Notes: generated from the sequence alone by a model not told the origin. Numbered from the stretch's first letter, positions 25,150 to 39,229 are shown. The stretch is DNA of 64,000 nucleotides from Kudoa neothunni (GCA_964304625.1 OZ199839.1:5512898-5576897); one strand, 5' to 3'. Program-made: numbers and translations.

Positions 25150-26341
25150 TAGCGATCGCTGTTAAAATATATTCGAAAAAATTCCAATATCCTCTATGAA
25201 TAGAACGCGATCATGATTCATGTAGGTAGGAATCCAGCTGATTTCGTGGCACACCGCTCATTTTCCGAATGAGTTTTGTTTTGAGATGATGCCACACAAC
25301 CTCGACCGTATTAGTATGGTAACCCTCTGGAGTGACATACTCTTTAGAGTGATTAACAGTTATATGGTTATAGCCGTAAATTCGGAGAGAGGTGTACCCC
25401 AACCACTCGTCAGTGTAGATTGTAGTCCCGTTTTCAACTTCCTGTAAGACGAGTTGGATCAACGTTCGTTTATCCCCTTTTTGGACAATAAAAAATCTTG
25501 ATTCTAACAATTTTCGTTTGCCATCTTCATCGACAGAGCATTCGCAAATGCCAACAACCCAAGGGCCATTTATTCTGTAACCATACCTTTCATTTCTCCG
25601 CTGACGTCTCAAAGGAGTCGCTCCACGGAATAACCTACTCCTTAAGAAATAGTTAGGGGTGGCCAACCATCTGTCCATGCATAAAAATCTTCCCCGGTTG
25701 TTTTTACGCCGACCTCTTAATAAACATTCGTCAATTTCGACGATTCGATTTTCTCCGCTCAATTTCTCGCGTCGTTGGAACATTTTATAACAATATTTCT
25801 CAATGCTGAATACCAAAATATAACGGTTTTCTCGGTTATTTGAGTTAATGCCACCACCCTGCATCTTTGCTCTTCAATACACCAAAGGTATATTAACTCA
25901 AATAGCTGAGACACTGCTAATTTGGATACATTCGTCCCCATCGCGTTATTGCTGCCAACGAAGGTAGAGGTCCTGGATGAAAAATGCGTTCTACGATCAC
26001 TCCTAAAATTAATATTTTAAAAACTATACATAAAATAAAAGTACTTTGAACATGTATACGAGTATTTCTCAATATCATCGTCACAAAAATCAATTGAAGT
26101 ATTGTTTCTTTTTCTCGTTGTAACTTGGTAGTGTAGAGTGTTATACCTGTGGCAATTCTTGCACCGAGCAGGCATTTTTTGTAATAGACCCTTATTCGCT
26201 AGGTAAGTAAGTGGATCACTCACGTTAAACAAAAGTTTATAAAATTGACGCTGAAGTGAAAATTCCGCCACCGAAAAACTTTTGTTAATCGGATTAAATT
26301 ATTTAAACAAATTTTTAAATTTAACGTGATATAAATATAAC
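25150..26341 (-). pseudogene. Merlin/IS1595-family transposase, near full length, one intron and one frameshift
   Basis: N-terminal CxxC; VEIDE; GTTIYTDEW.GY; VNHSKEYVTPEGYHTNTVE; a 42 nt GT-AG intron at 26003-26044 joins ORFs 26017..26271 and 25759..25941 in frame. Confidence 0.88.
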
Positions 26342-29300
26342 TGTAACGCTGCCACGCTCCAAAGAACCGCTCATTTTAAAACAACTTATGCCCGCGCATG
26401 AGCTACGGTAAACACGTGGTAACATTTACCCAGGGGGTAAAAGGTGGGTAGTATATTTTTAAGTTGTTTCTGTGTGAAACTATTTCATCTTCATTAATCT
26501 TTATTTTGTAGGTTACCGGACCAAGCCTTTTTATCACTTGGTGAGGTCCTGTCCACACGTCGGTTCCGGGCTTTCTTGTTAGGATATTCGTGCCATCGTG
26601 AATAGTATTAGGAATGTATTTGTTGTTGTATGTTTTCGATCGTTTTTCTTGCTGCGTTCCAACAGCGTTTTAAGCCATTTTTCAGTGAAATAAGGTATGA
26701 GTTGGTGGACGGGAATGATGTTGAGTTTACTAACGGGCTGATAGAGAAATTGCATTTTCGGCCAAACATTAGTTGGAAAGGTGAGAAACCCGTAGCAGCG
26801 GATACGTGCGAGTTGTAGTGATTGACAAGTGTTTGTAATGCTTTGTCCCATGTATTAACGTTGCCTAATTTTGAAATCATTGCTTTGAGTGTTCGATTAA
26901 ATCGCTCCACTGCTTCCTTGCCTTGTGGGTGATATGGAGTAGTATGTGTCAGTTTTATTCCCAGTGAGTTACAAACCTTGGCTATAATGTCAGAGAGAAA
27001 ATTTCTCCCATTGTCGCTGTGAATTTGTAATGGTTTCCCATACTTACAGCATACTTCGTTTATGAGTATCTCACATAGGGTTTCTGATTTTGTATTTGAT
27101 AGTGGTATAACAATAGCATATCTTGTGAAAATATCCATGCAACATAGTATATACTTTTTCCCACTTGTTGTCGTTAGCGGTCCTACAATATTCCACTCCA
27201 TAATTTGGAAGGGTGATTGGGCTTATAGTGGTACCAATTTGGCTTTGTCTGCGGACCACGGGTGAAACTGGAAAGTTTGGCATGACTGCACATATTTTTT
27301 GGTCTCTAGCTCATATCCAGGCCAGAATACATGGTTGCGTAAGTTTGTAAAAGATTTGTATGAGCCAGGGTATGCAGACCCGTCGTGGAACTTTTCTATG
27401 ACATCTTTCCTGTATCTAAGAGGTACACAGAGTTGGTTGATCTCTCCAGTCTTGGTTTCCAATTTCCAAATGAGGAGTTCCGATTCAATATCGTATTGAC
27501 GTTTACCGTTATAGGTGCCATTCCTGACGGATTTTATTATTTTTCCGAAATAAGTATCTTCGTTTTGGGCTTTCATCCAGTCATCTACAGAGAGGTTGAG
27601 GAAACGGGCGGCTACTGAATTTGAAGAGTCATGAGCTCTAGAAAGATAATCTGCGTCAACTTTTTCAGCCCCTCGTCTGTAGCGGATGTCTAGAGTATAG
27701 TTTTGAAGTATAGGTATCCATCGTGCTATTCTGCCGTGTGAGTCTTTGATTGATTGGAGATGAACAAGTGGGTTGTGGTCCGTGAAGACTATCGTACGTT
27801 TCCCATAAATATAATGATTGAATTGTTTGACTGCGAATACCACTGCTAGCATTTCTTTTTCGAAAGTTGAATAGTTCAGCTCTGCTTTCTTTAGTATTCT
27901 ACTTGCATATCGGATAACGCACCTTTTGCCGTTGAAGTCCTGGTAGAGTATGGCTGCGATGGCGACATCTGAGGCGTCGGTGGATATGATGAAATTTTTG
28001 TTAATATCTGGAAGTTGCAAAATTGGAGATGTCAGTTTCTTTTTCAAACAATTGATGGCGATTATCGCTTCATGCGAAAGTGAGAACGGTTTCGATTTTA
28101 GGTCTACGTAAAATGGCTTGGTTATTTCTGCAAAGTTTTGAATATAATCTCTATAGTGGTTGACAAAATCAATAAACCCTTGGAGTTGTTTTAGAGATTG
28201 TGGGTTGGGTATATTAAGTATCGATGATATTTTGTTTGGATCGGGTCTAACTGCGTTGTTCGAAAATATGAATCCAAATAATTAATTGAAGATTTGCTAA
28301 ATTCACATTTTTCGTTGTTGATTATCCGGTTGTGTTCTTTTAATCGTTGGAGAACTTCTCGTAGATGCTTTTGGTGTTCCTCGTGTGTTTTTGAATAGAT
28401 CAGAATATCATCTAGGTAAACATGACAGTATTTTCCGATAAGGTCGTTCAGCGTACAAGCCATAGCTCTTTGGAAGGCGGATGGGGCGGTCACTAATCCG
28501 AACGGTAATGCATTAAATTCGAATTGCCCAAATGGAGTGAAAAAGCAGTAGCGCTCTTGCAATTTTCATGGAGTGGAATTTGCCAGAAACCAGACTTTAA
28601 GTCTATTTTTGAGAAAATATTCGAACCTTTCAGAGTAACAATGATATCATTTAGTAGCGGTATAGGGTAATGTTTCGTTACTACCAACGTGTTCAATTTG
28701 CAATAGTCAACGCAGAATCTGTGGTCGCCGTTTTTCTTGTTGACTATTAAAATTGGTGACGAAAAGGGACTACTACTACGACGTATCACCCCATCAGCGA
28801 GAATTTTATTAATTTTCTCTTCTAGAAGTGATATCTGTGTGAACGGGACCTTTCTCGTTGGAATATGAAACGGGTTCGTCTTTGATTTTGAATAAATATG
28901 GCTCTACCTTGGCAAATTTATTAGTAACAATAGCATTAGTTGAAGGTGTAGGCTGGTTATTGTATTTGAGAGTCTTGTTGTAGCAATCGACGATTATCTT
29001 GTAGCGAGCTAAGAAATCTCCCTAATATGCACTCGTTGATGAGCTTAGGGGATGATATCATAGGCCATTTATAACTTTTTCCGTCCAAGATGAAATCGAC
29101 ATGTACTATTCCGTTTGTCAAAATAGGTGTGCCATCAGCTGACAGTAGACTCAATCCCTTTCGCGGATTACTAGTACTAATAAGATTGGTTTTTATAATT
29201 GAGTTCGATGAGCCGGTGTCTATCAGAGCATGATAGATATTGTGGTTGATTGAGATGGGGACTGTAAATTGGTCCGACATTTTGCGGCGCACAGCGCAAG

Positions 29301-30153
29301 AAAAACAAGCGTAGTTCATTTCTGACGAAAAATTGTTGTTGTCGACAGTTAATATATCATTAGATATGGGTTTGCGACATTTTATGGATAAGTGTCCTCG
29401 CTGCTTGTAGTTTGTGAAAAATGCCTATCCTCTGCATTCCTTTGCGGTATGATTTTTTGATCCACATTTTCTGCAGCGTTCTTTTTTTGGGAAGTTTCGT
29501 TTTTTGTTATAAGGTGCAGCAGAAACGTCGGTCGCCACTGTCAACTGGTCCTTAACCGTGTTGATCAGATCGATAATCGACTCCGGTTTTATCGCAATCA
29601 CGATACGTTTGATGCTTTCTGGGATTGTTTTGATACATTGGTCGATCACGAGTGTTCGAGCGGTGTAGTCATCTATTGCCGGGAGTGCTTTGTGCAACAC
29701 GTTCTCGACTCCATAACAGAAATCAGCATAAGGTTGAATGCCATCCCAGGTCAAGTTGTGGAATTCCTGCAAGTAGTTTAGTGCCGATGACGGCGGCTTG
29801 TAGTTGGATTACATAACTTCAACCAAGTGGATGAAAGTGTCTTTGATGGGACGAAATATGTTAGCACCTTTGCTTTCTATTAAGTCCAGTGCATTGTCTC
29901 CCAAGTAAAGCGGTAGATGGCGCGCCTTATCAAGTTCGTTCCAGTTTTCAGCTAGTGCTAAAAGTTTGAACTTGCGGATGAATTTATTCCAATCATCGCT
30001 GGCTCCATTGAACTTTTCTAAATGTTTCGTGTGGGTTTTAGAGCCACCCCTGTCACCAGATGTAACGCTGCCACGCTCACGCTCCAAAGAACCGCTCATT
30101 TTAAAACAACTAACTTATGCCTGCGCATGAGCTACGGTAAACACGTGGTAACA
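26342..30153 (-). mobile_element. Gypsy LTR retrotransposon 'Gypsy-2', 3.8 kb, frameshifted
   Basis: LTRs 26342-26424 (83 bp) and 30061-30153 (93 bp); PBS TCTGGTGACAGGGG; LIDTGS, YLDD, TDAS, IHSDNG, VERFN; no TSD. Confidence 0.95.
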
Positions 30154-30560
30154 TTCCGTAATAAACATATGGGGGAGTAAATATAGTGGATACCTCAATA
30201 GCTTTCTATACGATACAATTTGGATTGAAAAAGTGGTATTAGCCACTGTTTACCAATATGTTATCTATGGCTGTGGTGAATTCTTGGAGGTTATCAAATA
30301 TTGGAAATTCATCGAAGATTGATTTGCTAATCTATATTTGTACAATCATAACCAATTCAATATTCAGCATCAAAGAAAATATTCCGATCGGTGGAAGGTC
30401 TCTTCTTAGCAAACAACAAAATGCATCCATGTGTCAAAAACCATGCATACCATCTTTCTTAGATAATAAAAGAAGACATGCGCCATTTTCCTGAATACAA
30501 CAATTCATTATTACAATAACTGTAATATTTATTTGTATATAAAATGTTCAGGTGGCCTTC
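30154..30560 (+). pseudogene. piggyBac transposase C-terminal relic
   Basis: NKHMGGV, KWY*PLFTNMLSMAVVNSW. Confidence 0.65.
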
Positions 30561-31471
30561 ATAACAATTAACAATTCCATTTTAATATTTCCAAAATCCC
30601 AAAATTTGTTTTTAATTGAACGTGCACCTCAGTCACCTCTATTATAATTTCGCACTCCGAAGGTTTTGCGTTCCCTTTTCGGTACTTTTGTAAAATTTAT
30701 TTTTCTTTGCGTAAAGAAATTATTTAAAAATTTTAGTTCATAAAATGCAATAAAGATTATATTTTTATGTGTTTGTAAGTTTTTGTAAAATTTTAAAAAC
30801 AGATCCCTTAACCTTTCCAGGTCGAAGCGGGGTAGTTCGTACATCCCAATGTATGTAATTGTTGATATTTTCCTCTTTAAATGTTATAGAACCTTATTTG
30901 GCTTTGCGTAATGTTCCAACATAATTAATGCTTCGTATATATTAGAAAATGTTGTTTATATCCTTTAAATTAAACTTAGATAAGACATCTTTAAATTTGA
31001 AGTTATTTTCGTGTTATTAATGCTTTCTAATGCTTTTAAATATTTTTATTATAAAAAACAATAACGAATATCCGAAAATGCTTTTGAATATAAATAAAAG
31101 ACGAATGAGCCCAATAACAATTAGTCCTTAATTTTCACCAACGGAGCTTGATGGATTATCGTATTAATATGAGATTATCCAGAAAGTCGCGCAAACCACT
31201 TTTTAATCATTCAGGTTTGTAGGTGTATGTCGATTTATGAAAAATTTTGCAAAACTTAATATTTCTATAGAAAAAATGTCATGCGAAGATAATTCAGACG
31301 ATCTCATCAGCGATTTTGTCGTTGAAGAAACACATGTTGATAGTGACGTAGATTTGGAAGGTCATTTATCAGATGAATCATTTTATGAGGATTGTGTGGG
31401 ATATCCTGAGGACTTGGAGAATCAAAAAATGAGTGATGGAAATGATGGGAACCTAATTGAAATGTGGCACT

Positions 31472-34400
31472 GGCTATTCTTACGACAACGAATATCTTTT
31501 TCTTACTAAAGATATTTTAAATCTGAATTTAAAAACATGTTATTACATTGTTTTCCTACAAAAATTTAAGTTTTTATAAGTTATTATTGCAATAAAATTA
31601 ATACATATATTTTGACCTTATTTTTCCATTACAAGTACTAAAAATGATTGAATCAGCTCTTCATTAACATTTACGACATTTTAAAGAATTTTTGAATCGA
31701 AAAATCATGAAAATTGTGCTAATGTAACTTCATTTGCAATGGAGGCCATTAGCCCACGTGTCAATGTTAAGACCTCATTCGATTATTGCGTAACGAACTA
31801 CATCATATTTTAATTACATTTAGATCCAAAATGCAATTTTAAAAGCTTATTTTTAAAATTAATAATCTAATTTGTTCTATTTGTTTAAAACGTACTTCAT
31901 GTATCTTGGTGAGTATAGCGACATAATAACTGCCTATTATTTCGTTCAAAATGATATATATTTTTCAGATTAAGTATCTGGAAAGATATTTAGGTTAATT
32001 GTATTTCATAATAATTACATTGAATAAATTTTATTAATATTATTGTCTTAAAAATTAAATAAAATGATTGTTTCCTACACCACATAATTATACAGCACAA
32101 TCTTAACAAAAAGATAAAACCTGCTAATATTAATTATCTTAAAAAATATAATATTTACTAGTAATTCATTAGATATATTAATAATTTGTTTCCGATTCTG
32201 TTAATATCCCCAAGCATTTTAAAGTAAAAACGTTATGTTGCGCAGTATTATGGAAATCATGGATTGTGAACAGTCTGCTGACTTCTTAATTGGAATGAAA
32301 TTTGATTCATATGAAAAATTACAAACCAAAGTGAAAGAATATGAAGAAAAACATTTTTGCAATTTAAAAATTAGACATTCGAGAAAAATTTCAAATGCAC
32401 AACGAAGAGTAAACAGATCCATAAATTCTCAGTTGGTTTATTATGACATCAATTACGTGTGTTTCTTTGGTGTTCCTTACAAACGCAAAAGCAGTGGAGA
32501 TAGAAACAAATTATCATTTAAGAAGAAATACCCATTTAGTATCTCGCTCCGGAGCACTGTGGAAGGTAACTTTTTGGAGGTGAAATCGCTAAATTTAATC
32601 CATAACCATTCCTGCGATCAAAGAATATTCGAAAACCTTCCTCCACAAAGAAAAATTAACCTTTATGATCCAATGATATCGGAGTTAATATCATTAGGAG
32701 CAAATAAAAGGTTAATTCAATGTAAGTTAAGCGAAGAAACCGTAAAGAAAATTACATTAAAATCTATCCATAATGTAAAGACTAATTCTACCGTCGAACC
32801 GAAAAATATTGACTCCGTTATTACAATATTGAAAAATGATTATAATTGCAGAGTTTAAATTCTTGCTAGTGAAAATTCTGTCAATGGAATTTTCTTCGTG
32901 GATAACGAAATGCTTCATGTTCTTGAATGTTTTCCTGAGCTATTATTTATAGATGCCACTTATAAGCTGTTGGATTCAAGGCACGAAAACCCTATTTTAT
33001 AACAAATGACGATTGTATTTATAGAGCTCCTCTTTATTTAACTGCATCTCAAGACTCTTTGGGTTTAACCCATATCACTAGTGCCTGTATTTTATATGAG
33101 GAGACAGCAGAAGCCATAACATGGTTTCTGAACGAATTGTTAGATGCTGCACCGTGGTTGCGATCCGAAACGATGTCAATAATAACTGACAAAGACCATT
33201 TGTTACGAAAATGTTTAAGTTTCGTATTTCCTTCCACAAAGTTGATACTATGTAAATTCCATGTATTACAAACGTCCCAACGGGAAATAAAAGTCGGAAA
33301 ATATGGTATAACAACCGAAACAAAAACACTTATCCTTCAAATATTAGAAAAAATGACGTATGTCAAGAACAAGGAAAATTTTAACCGTCTATGTTGTGAA
33401 CTTTTTGACCTCGGAGTTGAGGAACTTAATGATTATTTCAAAAAGAATTGGCTAACCATTTACCAGGAATGGATAATTGGATTAAGTATGGCTGAGCATT
33501 ACTATAATAATACAACGAATAACAGAATTGAATCCATTAATGCAAAACTAAAAACCGTAGTAAAAAAGTTTTCAACTTTGAGTGATTTTTTCGACAATTT
33601 CTTCCGATTTTTGAAATCACAAAGGATTGAGCGGCTAAGCACCATTGCTATGGAACTAATAAAACCATACGATTCTTCCAACGATAATGAGACTTTCATA
33701 AAATATCATAATTATCTCACATCCTATTCTTCAAGTATAATCCAGGAAGAATTATCAAAAATAAAAGAAGCCACTTTAGAAGAAAATTCCAGTTATTACT
33801 CCTGTAATTGTTCAATGCATAAAGCATTCAAGTTTCCTTGTCGTCATATTCTACAAAAACGTGCACTCAACTTAATCAACTTGTTTAATGGATCTTTGTG
33901 CCATTCTCGTTGGACTAGGAAACATGCGAATAATTTCTTAAATGTTCTAAATGTTAACAATTTTAAAGATTTTCATGATGAGGGAGTTGTAAAAATCAAA
34001 CCTTAGGCACTATCCAAACCTTTTCTCAAAGATTGACTATCTTCAGTGCTTGCAAAAAAGTTGGTGACTACATCTGCAAAGTTTTGCAGAAATTATTTTC
34101 AAACTTCCATTGAAGTTTTTAGAAGACTTGAATGTGTGATTAAAAATCATGATACGAAAATGATGTCGGCTATAAATGAACCAAGTTATTTACTATTTGT
34201 TGCAAATGTGTAACATATATTAGTGAAAATAAATTTGAGAGAAGATAACGCTTTGATTGAAATCTTATCCTCCAATCCTGAGAGTGAATTGTCTTACACA
34301 GGTATTTCGTAATTGAAATTATTTGCTTAATATAATTTAAACTAAGATGATGAATATAATGAAGAAAAATACGGTAAACTAACCATAATACTAACTGATG

Positions 34401-35148
34401 GTAATGTATTTAGTTGAAAGCTTTGCTAGTAAAAGTATGAATCAGGAAAAAACTAAGGATACATATAAAAGTAAAAGTAACTAATTTTTTATTAATTATA
34501 AAAAATTTTTAGATATACCCATTCCATCCAAAGTCGTCTGTCGGAAGGCCCAGGGGTAGCAGATTAACTACTATTGGACTTCAGAAGAAAAAACAAAAAT
34601 AAAATTTCAATAGGTAATTGATAATAAAAGTTAATTAATTATGATATTTCCCAAATATTGGTTGCTAATTATGTATTTCGATTTATATTTTGATGTTAAA
34701 TAACTTGAATTATGAAGTGATGACATGATTTTTTGAGTTCGGTTTATTCGGCTTAAACAAATTTTTGAAATTGATTAATATTAGTTGTATTTTTCTGTAA
34801 ATATCTTATAAAATGATACCATTTAAAACAATTAGTCCGTACCAGACCGTAACATTGACGCGTGGGCTAATGGTCTCCATTGTAAATGAAGTTACATTAG
34901 CACAATTTTCGTAATTATTCGATTCAAAAATTCTTTAAAACGTCGTAAATGTTAATGAAGAGCTGATTCAATCATTTTTAGTACTTGTAATGGAAAAATA
35001 AGGCCAAAATATATGTATTAGTTTTATTGCAATAATAATTTATAAAAACTTAAATTTTTGTAGGAAAAAAATGTAATAACATGTTTTTAAATTCAGATTT
35101 AAAATATCTTTAGTAAGAAAAAAGATATTCGTTGTCGTAAGAATAGCC
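31472..35148 (+). mobile_element. Mutator-like element (ZSWIM3-type MULE transposase with SWIM finger), ~300 bp TIRs
   Basis: TIRs 31472-31769 and 34850-35148; IDATYK, ITDKD, LCKFHVLQ, NTTNNRIESIN, CNC...FPCRH; ACT on both flanks. Confidence 0.9.
32235..34006 (+). pseudogene. MULE/SWIM transposase with an internal stop (32856-32858) and a 44 nt intron (32981-33024)
   Basis: Removing 32981-33024 (GC...AG) joins DATYKLLDSR to APLYL in frame. Confidence 0.8.
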
Positions 35149-36505
35149 ACTTACTTGAAATATCGACGTCTAAATCATGATTCCAATGAGAATGTGGTCT
35201 AAAATCCAAAGCACGCACCAGCATCCACAATTTTGTTAATGTTGATACTGGCCCTATCGATGATGCAAATAATATCTCGGATATTTTGTCATCGTTCATG
35301 CTATTTTTTTCTAATATTGTATTAGAAAAAAGATTATTCTATACGAATAAATTTCGGCAATCCATTGATCACTATCACAACATGAATGCAATAACACTGG
35401 AGGAATTGAGGGCTTTTCTGGACGTTTTGATTGCAGATGGAGGTGGTAATGAATATAGAATATCACTCAGAAACATTCGGGAAATGAATCCGTTATTTAA
35501 GCAAGCATTCTTTTCAGTCGTGATTTCGAGATATAGATTCAGTCTTATTTACCGACCCATTTGTTTTCAAGGCAGGTCAAAAAGAGTATTAAGGTATTAC
35601 TCTTTTAGAGATAAATTTGAACCAATCCGTGATATTTTTGAACAAATTTGTTGTATTTTTTAAATTACGCTTGAATAAGACACACTTCAACGACACAACA
35701 CCTCGTGATTATTGTTTAAATAAAACAATTAATGTTATTTTTAATAAAGGATTACAAAATTAACGAAGCATTCAAAAAAATCTATTTGTCTAGTACGCAT
35801 GTAACGATTGATGAGAGAATAGTAGGTTTCCGTGACAGATGTCCCATTCGAGTGTACATAAAAAGTAAGCCAGTCCGGTTTGGCTTGAAATTGTTGGTTG
35901 CCGCTGACACTAATACGTCGTATTTGCTGTACGTTTAATCATACATCGGAAAAATCGGTAACGTCAAAGAAAGTAAGTAAAAGCAAGATGAAAGGGTTGT
36001 CAAGGATCTCGAGTCCGTTTTATATGGTAGTGGACGAGGATTGACCACCGATAACGTTCTCATATATGTTCGTTGGCGTTATTTTTGTTGGATGGGATTA
36101 TAACTTTGACTGGGACGTTAAGAAAAAATAATAGATATGCTAGAATCTTGGATAGAGTATGTCAATCAAGAAACCATTTTAAATAACCCCCGATATATAT
36201 CACGTGCTACCGAACATTTTCGATAGTTAAATATAATACTCTAATAAGATATATTTATGAAGTCCTCCGAAACATCGCTATTTGTAATGAATTTTCCTCC
36301 ACTTTTTGTTTGTGACGACAATTGTGTCGTATGTTCCAAAGAATCGTAATGTTTTTCCGTTATCCACGGAATTTTACGATAACTCGTTTGAATAATCAAA
36401 AGAAGACGACCTGAAATTATTGTTCATTATCATACGACGAACTTTCGTCGGAATTTGTGTAATGCGCACTCTTAATATTGCTTAAGTAAACACAGTTTAA
36501 TCAAA

Positions 36506-37513
36506 TCCTTTATATATATAAAAGAGGACTGTCGTTATGTTTGTTTGTGTGTGTATGCCCCTAAGTACGCATGTGCGGATAATTTTTTCCTTATAGAGAG
36601 CCATATAGAAAATTTTTATAAATTTGTGATATTTAAAAAAACGTTTAATTGTTGTCGGACTACGAAAGTTTCCAAAAAGTATTTATGAAATAGTGATTTT
36701 GTCGATTTAAAGTTTGTTTTTCGGATTAAATGAGTTCAACGATAGGATTAGCACTTTCTTATTTCATGGTTATGGTCGGTTGAAGTTAACTATCTTCTTT
36801 ATATGCTCCATCATATGCTCATTAACTGCTTCTATCTATCTTTATATATAAGGTTGGCGTTTCTATTTGGGTGTCTGTTTAAACACACTCCTTATTTGCG
36901 GAGTTTTAACGTATATGACTTGATAAGTATATTTTATAAGTTCTATTAATGGTTTTCAATGTGATAAAAAATCTATATATGTTTCATAAATAACGAATTC
37001 GCGGAGAACGTTAAAGTTACGTTGATTGAAGCGTTATAATGGAAATACTGCGTTCATAGGTTTCATTAAATTGTCTGCTAAGTTTTATTTTATGTGATTA
37101 AATTCAACGCGGATGGTTGTACTTTTATTTCACCAAATTATTTAAATTGTTTATGATAAAAGCGCATGTATGTTTATGCCGAGTTAAACAATGCTAGTTT
37201 TAACAATATCGATTAATTTTCATGTTTTCTTCTATCTCTTATTTTTTCTATTTTTTATCCCTTAAAAAGTTAGTGGTGCACCCAGTTACCGAGCCACGAA
37301 ATTTTTAAATGGACGCCGGGATTGATACTTTCCTTCACAGAAATTATAATAATTTAAATTACATAATCCAAATCGTTATAGTAAGTTGATTAAAAATTTT
37401 TAGTTATTTTGTTTCTATGGGTTAATTTGAGATTTCAATATATTTTTTGAATGCTATTAAAAAATGCCTCTAGGTGAAATCTTCCCCAAGCAACGCTGGG
37501 CAGTTCCAGCTAG
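36506..37513 (+). mobile_element. Non-autonomous Helitron (family D, copy 2)
   Basis: A|TC start, hairpin CCCAAGCAACGCTGGG, CTAG|T end; homologous to 8523-9673. Confidence 0.8.
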
Positions 37514-39229
37514 TATATATATTTATTATATTAAGTGAAGGCTGATATTTTTGAGTTACAAATTATTTTACCTTTCAACTAAAATCTTAGCGATTGCTTC
37601 CAAATACAATGGTATCGTAGTATTTATCATAGTTTAGACATATTTGTTTCAATTTTTCATATTTCTCGCTTATTTTGTCACCATATGATTCCATAATTGT
37701 GTTGCATATTAGAAAATGAACATCATATCACTTTTTAATTTTTGAATAAAATTTTGTATCCCAGAATGAGATTGTTCAAAACGACTGTAAAAATGTCGAT
37801 TGAAAGTCTCAGTAGAATTGGATGTCAATTTGATATTTCGTAATATTCTGTCGAAAGAATTCCACGACTTTGTAGGAAATTTAGGGTTTACGATATATGT
37901 GTTTTCAAAGTATTCCATAAAGGAATCTATGTTGATAACATTGAGGAAATTTTTAGATTGTACTCTTATCTTTTTCAATTCTTTTTGCGCACAATTAGGT
38001 GGAACAAAAGCGAGAGGTGTTACACATTTTACGAATAATTTAAAATTATCGTTACGGTCAATCATTAGAACAACCTAATTTTTGCATTTTTCTGTATACA
38101 CACTGACCTAAGTGAAATAATAGAATTGCACAGAATATTTTAATTATTTTTAAAAGCATTCATAGCAGCTAGTTCCATATCTAAAACAATGTTACCAGGG
38201 AACTTGACATTCATTTTTTCAGTTGAAATATTAAGGTCTTTCTCATAATCTAATCAATTTGGGTTTTATTCGACATCAAAATATAAATTAATGGAAACAC
38301 TTTGTAACGGCTGCAGCAGACGCGCTATATGAAGGATCCGCCACTTTATAAACATCCACGTGACTCATAAACAGGATTACTACATAATGTTTAAGAGCTT
38401 GGTTACATACCCCCCGACAAGACCTTGGATAATAGGGTTTAATATTGTTTCGATCGACGGTTGTGATAAGATCATTGATGATTATTGAGTAAGTTGATGG
38501 ACCAAGTCTAGCTGTAACGATAAATGGACCAGACCAAGAGCGGGTGGCAGGATTTTTGAAAAGTATTTGTGAATTTGGAAGAATGTGTTTTGCCGGTGCT
38601 TTGTTATTGTAGGTCTTGCGGCTCTTTATAGATAGCTTTTTGAGATTTTGCACAGCCGTTTTTTTCACTGAAGCAAGGTCTCGCTTAAGTCTGCATAGAT
38701 ATGAATAAGTAGTGGAACTAGGGGTGGACGGCGTTAGTTCTATTGGTATCGTTGAGAAGTTGGGCTTTCTGCCGAATAATAGTTGGAATGGAGAGAAGCC
38801 GGTGGATTCGTTGATTTGATTATTGTAGTGGTTGAGCAACTTAGGTAGTTTTAAATCCCAGGACTCAGGGGTATCTAATTTGGATAGCATGTGCTTGAGG
38901 GTACGATTGAGGCGTTCCATTGCTCCGTTTCCTTGTGGATGGTAAGGAGTGGTGTGTGATAAGGCTATCTTAAAACTACGACAAACGGTGGATATGATCT
39001 CAGATGTGTTTCTACCGTTATCGCTATGAATTCGGTTAGGTTTGCCAAATTTACAAAGAATGTGCTCAATCAGCTTATCGCACAAGGTTTCTGCCCTGAC
39101 GTCTAGTAATGGAATAGCAATGGCATATGTTACACTAGCAATGGGCGCCGAAGAGAATACCATTTTTAAATTACCGACCAACAACGATAGATTTCGTCGC
39201 TAACACATTAGATGTATTTGTTATTAATA

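Larger units (their letters stand above)
31237..36450 (+). pseudogene. piggyBac transposase relic interrupted by a MULE
   Basis: Acidic N-terminus (31237..31471) resumes after 35151: FMLFF..YTN, TLEELRAFL, HVTIDERIVGFRDRCP.RVYIKSKPVRFGLK, GRGLTTDN. Confidence 0.8.

Noticed and set aside
38288-39184. ORF that appears to fuse a gag-like N-terminus to integrase
   Set aside because: Chance read-through from the Gypsy-4 3' LTR into the interrupted Gypsy-3 integrase.
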